Source: Thermoanaerobaculia bacterium (GTDB lineage Bacteria > Acidobacteriota > Thermoanaerobaculia > Gp7-AA8). From it: DNA of 64,000 nucleotides. The notes beneath the pieces were generated by a model. The model was not told the origin of the DNA. It searched no databases and saw only the letters and a list, made by a program, of their open reading frames with translations. Location: positions 46,838 through 110,837 of the forward strand of contig JBAZBK010000010.1 of NCBI GenBank assembly GCA_041671505.1. Direction: 5' to 3'. Below are positions 38,635 through 46,221 of this stretch, in pieces (positions within the stretch are counted from its first letter, which is position 1; every line of letters starts with the position of its first letter). Position numbers and translations under genes: made by a program.

Positions 38635-40971
38635 ATGTCACAGCACCTCATCAACTACCTGAGCCTCAAGCCCGAGCAGTCGCCGTTCCTGCTCGCCTCG
38701 GATTTGCCGCGACTCCTGCCGGCGATCTTCACCCGCCCGGAGTGGCTCCTCCCGCGCCCCTACAAGATCTTCTTCATCGACGAGGCGGCGCCCCCAGGCT
38801 TCGGCTTCCCCGTGCTCCACTCCGAAGTGCTGCGCGACCTCGACACGAAGCTCGACCGCTGGCTCGCCGACGAGGTGAAGTGGCAGCTCAAGATGGAAGA
38901 CGCGCGCGAGCGCGCGCGCCAGGCGTTCGGCCAGTACGTCTCGATGGTGGTCAAGATCGCCGAGAACGCGATGCTGTCGAACCTGCTCGCCGACTACCAT
39001 GCGGTCTTCTGGCTCTCCCACTCGCTCGACCTCTCGCGCCACTTCATCAACCTGCCGAAGAGGATCAGCCTCGTCGACACGCAGGCGGCGAAGACCCAGG
39101 CCGACGCGATCAAGTACCGGATCTACTCGAAGTGGGCCGCCGAGATGCGCGAGCAGATGACGCGGCTCGCCGCGCGGCTCGCGCCGACCCTTGACGGCGA
39201 GGAGGAGCGCGGGCTGAAGTTCTTCCGCGTGATCCAGGACAACGTCCTCATTCTCACCGAAGAGTTCATCAGCCCCGACCTCCGGGAGCTGCGTCCCTTC
39301 TTCAACGGATATCTCCATCGCGACTTCTTCGCCTTCCGCGAGATGTTCGAGCGGCTGCAGGGACAGGCGGCGGAGCTCGCAAAGAAGGACGTCACCTTCC
39401 GCGGCCTCGTCGGCCTCTTCGGCGTGAGCCCCGACCAGGGAATCCCCGTCGCGCTGATGCTCGACCAGAAGTTCCAGGACGTCCTCTTCGGACTTCCGGC
39501 AGTCGAGCTGCGGGTCTCGCGCGAGGAACGCGAGCAGCTCCGCTCGCTCTCCCGCCGCCTGCAGGAGTACTCCGTCCTCAACGCGCTGCGGCGCGGCATC
39601 ACCTGGATGGCACAGCTGCCTAACGGCGACACCGTCGCCCTCGACCGGCGCACCGGCGTCGTCTATTCGCGCGCCACCCGCCCCATCGACTTCGGCCGCC
39701 CGGGCGTCGTCGACCCGATGGTCTACCGCTTCGGCCTGATGTACGACATCAGCGCCTTCTCGCAGACCCTCGGTGACGTCGCCCGCACCGGACGCAAGGG
39801 CGAGTTCACCGCCTACCGGCAGATGCTCCTCTTCCAGAAGAAGCTCGCGACGATCACCGACCGCCACGTCCTTCAGTTCGAGAAGTTCCTCGGCGACGGC
39901 GCGTTCTACACGACGCGCCGCGCGCTTCGCCTCGTCCTGGCGTCGATCGAGATCCAGCGCTTCTACTCCGAGATGCGCCGCAAGGGCTTCGCCTTCAACA
40001 AGGGACTCAGGATCGCGCTCAACTACGGCTACTACCGCCTCCTGCCGCTCAAGGGGACGCCCGACTCGCCCGAGCACGTCATCGAGTTCTACGGCCCCGG
40101 CGTCGTCGAGCTCTCGCGCCTGACGACCGGCAAGGCGACGAAGGAAGTCGAGGAGATCCAGACCTTCCTCGTCGCGCACGGCTACGACACGAACGAAGTC
40201 TCGCGCTTCTTCGCGCCACTCGCGTCGGGCGCCGACATGGTCGACAAGGAAATGCACCAGCGCGAGTTCTTCGCCTACGTCAACCAGAACGGGCACCTCG
40301 TGAACGAAGGGCTCGTCTCGTCGATGAGCCTCGTGAGCGAGCTCTCGGGCGAGCTCGCCGCAGAGGGCCACCAGCTCTATCGCATCCAGGCTGCCTGGAG
40401 CAGCTACATCGGCTTCAGCGCCCCGATCGACGGCGTCGACTTCATCGGCGTGAAGCTGATCGGTCGCGTGCAGCTCAAGGGGCTCGGCAAGATCGAGGTG
40501 GCGGAGTTCGTCCCCTTCAATCGCGCCGACGTGACCGAGACGCGCACCGACGACGGCGAAACGCTCTTCAGCCTGCTCCGGCAGGAGTTCCACCAGTCGA
40601 CGCTGACGCGCCCCGACGACGAGTTGCTCGCCCGCTCGACCGGCGAGAGCCGGAAGCCGGTGCAGCAGATCCTCGTCTGTTTCTTCCGCGACCCCGCCAA
40701 CTCTGCTCCCGCGGTCTACCTCGGCGAGTGGGACCCGGCGATGGACTCGCTCCGCAACGCCGTGCGCCTCGCCGACGGCGACCTCGAGTCGCGCCTCGGG
40801 ATCGTGCTCCCCGTCACCGCCGAGGCGCTCGGACGGGAGCGCGAGAACGTCCTCAGCGTTTACCTCGACGAGGCGCGCGACTCCTATCTCCCGTCGATTC
40901 CGATGGACAGCGTCCGCACCCTCCCCGAGCTCCGCCTCTTCCTCGTGGGACTGTCCGTCGAAGCGCTGTAG
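38635..40971 (+). CDS. Large hypothetical protein with a divergent class III nucleotidyl cyclase (CHD)-like palm domain
   Basis: Central region ...VYRFGLMYDISAFSQTL...FLGDGAFYTTRRALRLVLASIEIQR...GLRIALNYGYYRLLPLK...EFYGPGVVELSRLTTG... parallels the cyclase motifs F-x-D-I-x-GFT / K-x-x-GD-x-x-M / R-I-G-I-H-x-G / GDTVN-x-A-SR, with both candidate metal Asp residues present. The flanking about 350-aa N- and 250-aa C-regions are unrecognised. Confidence 0.5.
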   Translation: MSQHLINYLSLKPEQSPFLLASDLPRLLPAIFTRPEWLLPRPYKIFFIDEAAPPGFGFPVLHSEVLRDLDTKLDRWLADEVKWQLKMEDARERARQAFGQYVSMVVKIAENAMLSNLLADYHAVFWLSHSLDLSRHFINLPKRISLVDTQAAKTQADAIKYRIYSKWAAEMREQMTRLAARLAPTLDGEEERGLKFFRVIQDNVLILTEEFISPDLRELRPFFNGYLHRDFFAFREMFERLQGQAAELAKKDVTFRGLVGLFGVSPDQGIPVALMLDQKFQDVLFGLPAVELRVSREEREQLRSLSRRLQEYSVLNALRRGITWMAQLPNGDTVALDRRTGVVYSRATRPIDFGRPGVVDPMVYRFGLMYDISAFSQTLGDVARTGRKGEFTAYRQMLLFQKKLATITDRHVLQFEKFLGDGAFYTTRRALRLVLASIEIQRFYSEMRRKGFAFNKGLRIALNYGYYRLLPLKGTPDSPEHVIEFYGPGVVELSRLTTGKATKEVEEIQTFLVAHGYDTNEVSRFFAPLASGADMVDKEMHQREFFAYVNQNGHLVNEGLVSSMSLVSELSGELAAEGHQLYRIQAAWSSYIGFSAPIDGVDFIGVKLIGRVQLKGLGKIEVAEFVPFNRADVTETRTDDGETLFSLLRQEFHQSTLTRPDDELLARSTGESRKPVQQILVCFFRDPANSAPAVYLGEWDPAMDSLRNAVRLADGDLESRLGIVLPVTAEALGRERENVLSVYLDEARDSYLPSIPMDSVRTLPELRLFLVGLSVEAL

Positions 40972-40980
40972 CAGCAGCGC

Positions 40981-41170
40981 CATCCCGATCCCGCGAAGCG
41001 GGAGAGGGATCTGCAGCTAATTCAAAGGCTGAAGTTAGAACGTAGAACGATGAATGTTGAACCCAGAAAGGCGGGTACCCGTTTCTGGGTTCAAAATTCA
41101 ACGTTCTACGTTCTAACTTCGGCCTCTTCTCCTCCCGCGTACACCTGTCGGCAATGCCGCCGCCTCTGCG
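40981..41170. mobile_element. Truncated MITE copy (M3) with a subtype-E foldback (41018-41122) inserted inside it
   Basis: catcccgatcccgcgaagcgggagagggatctgc matches the left end of M2 at 33/34 positions. After the inserted hairpin, M2-like sequence resumes (cacctgtcggca...). Confidence 0.5.
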
Positions 41171-41226
41171 GCCGCCCCGCACGGCCCATCTTGACACCGC
41201 CCTCCGGAACCGCACTAATTCGCCCC

Positions 41227-42117
41227 ATGAATCACCCCTCGCTCGCAACGACGTCGCTCCCGCTTCCTCTCCATCGCCGCGGCAAAGTGCGCGACGTCTA
41301 CACGCTCGACGATGCGCTCCTGCTCGTCGCGACCGACCGGATCTCGGCCTTCGACGTCGTCCTCTCTCCCGGCGTCACCGGCAAGGGCATCGTCCTCACG
41401 CAGCTCTCGAACTTCTGGTTCCGGAAGTTCGGCTTCGTGAAGAACCACCTGATCGAAACCGACCTCGACCGCTTCCCCGAAGCGCTGCGCGCGCACGGCG
41501 AGCTCCGGGGCCGCGCGGTGATCGCGAGGAAGTGCGAGGTCGTGCCGGTCGAGTGCGTCGCGCGCGGCTACCTCGCCGGATCGGGATGGAAGGAGTACCA
41601 GCAGAACGGCGAGGTCTGCGGCGTCGCGCTCCCCGCGGGGCTCCGCCAGGCGTCGAAGCTCCCCGAGCCGATCTTCACGCCGGCCACGAAGGCGGACGAA
41701 GGGCACGACGAGAACATCCCGTTCGCGCGGATGAGCGATATCGTCGGCGCGGAGCTCGCCGGAAAACTGCGAGACCTGACCCTCACGATCTACACCGAGG
41801 CCGCGGCGTATGCGCGGGAGCGCGGCGTCATCATCGCCGACACCAAGTTCGAGTTCGGAATCGCCGACGGCGAGATCGTGTGGATCGACGAGGCGCTCAC
41901 CCCCGACTCCTCGCGTTTCTGGCCCGAGGCGGAGTATCGCGAGGGGACGAATCCGCCGTCGTTCGACAAACAGTTCGTCCGCGACTGGCTCGAGTCGACC
42001 GGGTGGGACAAGACTCCCCCCGCGCCCGAGCTCCCCGCCGACGTCGTCGAGCGTACCCTCGGAAAGTACCGTGAGGCTTACACGATGCTGACCGGCGCGG
42101 ATCTAGCGCTCGGTTAG
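41227..42117 (+). CDS. purC: Phosphoribosylaminoimidazole-succinocarboxamide synthase (SAICAR synthetase)
   Basis: ...[29 protein letters not shown]... Start at ATG 41227. The upstream part of the ORF overlaps repeats. Confidence 0.9.
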   Translation: MNHPSLATTSLPLPLHRRGKVRDVYTLDDALLLVATDRISAFDVVLSPGVTGKGIVLTQLSNFWFRKFGFVKNHLIETDLDRFPEALRAHGELRGRAVIARKCEVVPVECVARGYLAGSGWKEYQQNGEVCGVALPAGLRQASKLPEPIFTPATKADEGHDENIPFARMSDIVGAELAGKLRDLTLTIYTEAAAYARERGVIIADTKFEFGIADGEIVWIDEALTPDSSRFWPEAEYREGTNPPSFDKQFVRDWLESTGWDKTPPAPELPADVVERTLGKYREAYTMLTGADLALG

Positions 42118-42150
42118 GGCGCGCAGGCGGCGCGGAGCGCCGAAGGATCG

Positions 42151-42486
42151 GTAGCCCCCGACTTCGGTCGGGGGTGGATGGCGACGCGCCAACGACGCGC
42201 CGCGTAGCGCCGCCGGAAATCATGATTCGTCCCTCGCGCACGAGGCGAGCGTCAGCTCGCATAGGCCGCGCCAGCGGCCGAGAGATGCGTAGCCCGGCCC
42301 GTCAGGGCCGGGTTGAGGCGAGAGGAGTTTGCGCGAGCCGCGTAAGCGGCGACAGAACGGCGCGGCGTGTCTTCACACGCGATGCGCATCTGTCGCCGCT
42401 CACGCGGCTCGATGACGCGCTCGCCGTGCGAATCCGGACCCTTACGGGTCCGGCTACCCATCTCTAAGGCGGACCCTGACGGGTCC
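42151..42486. repeat. REP-like hairpin cluster (GTAGCC-headed)
   Basis: gtagcccccgacttcggtcggggg (42151-42174), gtagcccggcccgtcagggccggg (42288-42311), and the reverse-orientation ccggacccttacgggtccggctac (42434-42457). Additional hairpins ggccgcgccagcggcc and ggaccctgacgggtcc. Confidence 0.5.
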
Positions 42487-43062
42487 CCCCGCTCCCCTCA
42501 CTTCTTGTCCTCCGCCGGGATCGGCGCCCGCCGGCACCCCGATCTCGTATTCGCTCTGAACCGCACCACCGGGGAGCTCGCGCGTCGCAACGTGTTTGAG
42601 CCGGATGTCGGAGTCGACGCCGCCGAAGAGCGAAATGCCGGCGCCGACGAGGACTGGGACGCGTGTGATCACGACCCGGTCGACCAGGCCGGCGCGCAGG
42701 AACTGCTGGATCGTCACGCCTCCGTCGACGTACACATGCTCGAAGCCGCGACCCGCGAGCCGCGACAGCACCTCGGCGGGTGCGCCCGCGATCTGCTCGA
42801 CGACCGCGCCCCGAGGAGACGGAGGAAGCGGCCTGCTCGTGAGAATGAAAACGGGAGTGAGACCGTATGGCCACTCGGGGAACGGGAGAACGACCTCGTA
42901 GGTGTTGCGCCCCATCAGAACGGCGTCGACCGTCGAAAAGAACTCATTGAAGCCGTTGGAGGCGCCGTCACCGTCGCTCCCCGCGGTCAGGAAGTCGAAC
43001 GTGCCGTCGGGTCTGGCGATGAAGCCGTCGAGGCTCGCGCCGACGAAGACTGAGGTTCTCAT
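42454..43062 (-). CDS. RibD C-terminal-domain (dihydrofolate-reductase-like) family protein
   Basis: MRTSVFVGASLDGFIARPDGTFDFL...VYVDGGVTIQQFL... is the RibD_C/YwjB family. The last ~25 codons run into a REP hairpin. Confidence 0.65.
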   Translation of the reverse strand: MRTSVFVGASLDGFIARPDGTFDFLTAGSDGDGASNGFNEFFSTVDAVLMGRNTYEVVLPFPEWPYGLTPVFILTSRPLPPSPRGAVVEQIAGAPAEVLSRLAGRGFEHVYVDGGVTIQQFLRAGLVDRVVITRVPVLVGAGISLFGGVDSDIRLKHVATRELPGGAVQSEYEIGVPAGADPGGGQEVRGAGGPVRVRLRDG

Positions 43063-43110
43063 GGATCGAGAATAACTCGACTGCCGGGAAGTTCGCGGCG
43101 TTTCCCTCGG

Positions 43111-43725
43111 CTACGGTGTCGAGTCAGACGGCGCGTCGGGTGCCTCCCCGGCTGCCGCGCGAAGCAGGCCGTAGACGTGGAAGTCCCGCGCGACTCCTCG
43201 GGCGATGCGGTACTGCCGCAGCGTGCCTTCGCGCTCGAAGCCGAGCGACTCGAGGAGACGCATCGACGGGACGTTGCTGATCATGACGTACGCATGCACG
43301 CGGTTGAACCGCGCGGTCTCGAACGCCCAGGACAGCGCCTGGCGGACGGCGGCGCGCATGAGGCCGCGGCCCCAGTGAGCCGGAGCGAGGTCGTAGACCA
43401 GCTCGGCGTGAGCGTGCGGCAACGACCAGTTGGAGAAACCGCACGTGCCGATGAGGCGATCGCTGTCGTCGGCAAGCGCCCAGCGACACGTGGTGGCGGC
43501 GGCGTAGCCCTCGAGCTGGCGGGAGAGCATCGCGTCGACGAAGGAGAGGTCGATCTCGGGATAGCTCGTGTGCTCGGTGACACGCCGATCCGACAGGTAG
43601 GCCTGCCAGGCCGGCGCGTCACCGGAGCGGAGCGGACGAAGCCAGAACTCGCCCAGCTGCCAGGACGGGGGCGAAGACACGTCTGTGACTGAAGGTACGG
43701 TGACCATGATCGTTGTCCTTAACAC
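43111..43725 (-). CDS. GNAT N-acetyltransferase (RimJ/RimL-like)
   Basis: ...LVYDLAPAHWGRGLMRAAVRQALSWAFETARFNRVHAYVMISNVPSMRLLESLGFEREG... (Q/H-x-x-G-x-G/A acetyl-CoA motif). Confidence 0.7.
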   Translation of the reverse strand: MLRTTIMVTVPSVTDVSSPPSWQLGEFWLRPLRSGDAPAWQAYLSDRRVTEHTSYPEIDLSFVDAMLSRQLEGYAAATTCRWALADDSDRLIGTCGFSNWSLPHAHAELVYDLAPAHWGRGLMRAAVRQALSWAFETARFNRVHAYVMISNVPSMRLLESLGFEREGTLRQYRIARGVARDFHVYGLLRAAAGEAPDAPSDSTP

Positions 43726-43785
43726 CCGCCGCCCGCCGCTGACCGGTGGGTACGCGCACGGAATACCCCAGCACGTTTCGATCTG

Positions 43786-44274
43786 TTAGGCGCCGGGCGG
43801 AGGCCGAAGCAGTTCCGGGCGCGCCGACGCGCTGCAGTTCATCGGATAGAGCCGCTGTCCGGAGCGAGCGATGTACCACGCGAGCGACTCCGGAACGATC
43901 AGCGAATTGAACGTCGCCGTGTTCAGGGAAGCGAATCTGGGCCATGCGGTCCAGGCGGCATGCAGACTCGAGTGAACGCTGAGCCCATCCCAGCCGAGGC
44001 ACAGCGTGACCCGGGGATCGCCGAGGCCGTTCAGACACCACGAGCCCTGGGTAATCAATTCGTCCAAAGACTCGAACGCGTACGCGTGGTGCTCATCCGG
44101 AAGCAGATCCCAGAGGCGCTTTACCAATACCCGGGCAGACATCGCCCCGGCCATGTCCACGACGCTGCTCGACGGATCGATTTCACGGAGTGCTGCCAGG
44201 ATCGCGGAAACCAGCCCCTCGCTCGCGCGTCGCTGGAGCAGGAGTTCCTTTCGCAGTGAGTCTTGTGCGTGCAT
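43786..44274 (-). CDS. Hypothetical protein
   Basis: 162 aa with no recognisable motif. Confidence 0.35.
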   Translation of the reverse strand: MHAQDSLRKELLLQRRASEGLVSAILAALREIDPSSSVVDMAGAMSARVLVKRLWDLLPDEHHAYAFESLDELITQGSWCLNGLGDPRVTLCLGWDGLSVHSSLHAAWTAWPRFASLNTATFNSLIVPESLAWYIARSGQRLYPMNCSASARPELLRPPPGA

Positions 44275-44482
44275 GACGTTGGTCCAGGGTGCCTGACGGA
44301 AACGACCGAGCCGCGAGAACGCGGCTGCGCTGCACGAACGGGCTACGTCACCTTGAATGCCGCGCTCTCCTCGGCGACGCCCGCCATGTTAGCAGGCGGC
44401 TTCGCCGTTTCAGTGTGACGACCGGAAGTTCCGCCGAGGGCGGGTGGGTTCCGTAGCAGGAACGCCGGTCCCCTGTTCGGAA

Positions 44483-44983
44483 TCACGTTCGTCGAAGAAT
44501 GGCGGCCGAGATCAGCGCCACCAGCAGTCCGACGGGGAACGGCTCGATGAAGGTGAACGCGGCGTTGACGAACGGGTTCGCGTAGAGCTTCTTGAACGAC
44601 TCGACCTCCCGCGCCGTCTCGTCGATCTTCGCCTGCGGCGCCCCGGTCGCCTTCAGGTCCTCCACCTGCTTGTCGAAGATGTGGTCCGCGACCGCCGGGT
44701 TGCTGAAGTAAACCACCTCCCAGGCCGCGACGTAGCACGCGGAGGAGATGAGCGCGATCAGAATCCCCACCGCGAACCCCCGTCCGAACGAGATCTTCCC
44801 GTTACCGACGTTCTCGCGGTACGAGCGCACGCCGAAGACGATGAGAAGCGCGGACAGCACGATCCCGGCGTAGCCGACGATCAGCGACCTGTTGCTTCCG
44901 TCCATGAACGGCACCTGGGCGAGCATGAGCGCGGCGGCGATCACGCCCGAGATCAGTCCATAGGTCAGTACGGTCTTCTTCAT
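44483..44983 (-). CDS. DUF4199-like small membrane protein
   Basis: Four hydrophobic helices. 166 aa. Confidence 0.45.
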   Translation of the reverse strand: MKKTVLTYGLISGVIAAALMLAQVPFMDGSNRSLIVGYAGIVLSALLIVFGVRSYRENVGNGKISFGRGFAVGILIALISSACYVAAWEVVYFSNPAVADHIFDKQVEDLKATGAPQAKIDETAREVESFKKLYANPFVNAAFTFIEPFPVGLLVALISAAILRRT

Positions 44984-45293
44984 CGAGATTGGCCTCCTCG
45001 CGCGGGAACGTACCGATGCGCACCCTCCCGCGCCTCATACTCTCGCATGATTCCCGCCTCACGACGGCGGAATCAACTCCTCGGGCGACCGACTGACGCC
45101 GAAGTCAGCGTCGTTGATGCGTGCAGCGTGCTGCTTCGGGTGGAACCATCTTCTCCCGTCCCATGAATCCGGCTCGATGCCGGCGAGCAGCCGGCATCAA
45201 CGACGGCGCGCAGCGTGATCCGCCGCATGCCGTTGTCCGGCGGCGCGAGCATGCCACCGGCAGATCAGCACCGTGCCCTGGCACCGTCTGAAG

Positions 45294-45773
45294 TCACTTC
45301 GCTGGCTTCCGACGAGGCCGTTTCATCGCCGCGGTCGACTTGATGACGAGAGTGCCACGACCCCTGGACGGCAACGGAACGCTGGCCCGGTCGATCGTAG
45401 CGGCGATCAGCGCCTCTACATCCGGATGCGCCAGCTGTCTCGCAGCCTCCACCCGGATGAAGCGGGTCTCCTTACCCGATCCCATCAGCAGCTTCTTCGG
45501 GTCGGGCAATTGAGGTCCATGCATGAAGTAGAGACGCACACCGTCGCTGCGCGCGGCGGTTGAGACGATCGATTCCACGCCGCGATCCGTCGGTGAATAG
45601 CCGATGACGAGGGAGGTATCGTAGTCGTACACGAGCTCGTTGGCAGTCGGCAAGCGCTTGCGCAGCGCAGATCGGACCGAGCGGATGAGCCGCTGGTAAT
45701 CGGGGTCGAACTTCTCGATGAGGGATCGAAGCCGGGCCTCCGGTGTAACCGCGCTATCGGAGCTGACTGCCAT
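45294..45773 (-). CDS. DUF1801 (YdhG-like) domain protein
   Basis: 159 aa. Confidence 0.4.
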   Translation of the reverse strand: MAVSSDSAVTPEARLRSLIEKFDPDYQRLIRSVRSALRKRLPTANELVYDYDTSLVIGYSPTDRGVESIVSTAARSDGVRLYFMHGPQLPDPKKLLMGSGKETRFIRVEAARQLAHPDVEALIAATIDRASVPLPSRGRGTLVIKSTAAMKRPRRKPAK

Positions 45774-46221
45774 CTCATTCTCCAGGCTCCCGTAAGGAGT
45801 GCAGCAGGACAGCTGCCTAACGCTTGGCCGCCAACCCGCGAATCGGGCGCGTGGGAGAGCGTACCAGATTTCCGGAAACGTGGCGGCGCACGGCTTGTCG
45901 GGTCTGGCGACTTGTTAGGCGCCCGCCCGGAAGTCCGTTACCGGGGCGACGGACTTCACTTGCCCATCCTGACTCACCAGAATGTCTACGGTGACCGAAG
46001 GCCCAGGACGCCCGTTCACCATGGGACAACCTGTGCTCCCTGGCTCAAGAATGACGGATTCCAAGTCTTCCGCCCCTTGATGGGGCGCGGTGCCCGCTCG
46101 CGGGACGCGTGCGGACCTGCCGGCGAGACGAAGGGAGCGCGGGATGGACCGCGGCGGATCGGAATCCGCCGCCACCAGGCAACCACCGCGCACTCTCTCC
46201 GTAGTAGACAATGGACACGCG

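Noticed and set aside
38638-40983. 781-aa minus-strand ORF
   Set aside because: It mirrors the cyclase-like plus-strand gene. The plus-strand frame has the interpretable cyclase-like motifs and normal composition.
42155-42174. Hairpin cccccgacttcggtcggggg as the purC Rho-independent terminator
   Set aside because: It has no downstream U-tract, and it is one unit of a GTAGCC-headed REP cluster.
43111-44274. GNAT plus upstream 162-aa hypothetical as a GNAT-toxin/antitoxin pair
   Set aside because: The GNAT has RimJ/RimL-type features and is 204 aa. The upstream protein is too large and lacks an RHH/DUF1778 character.
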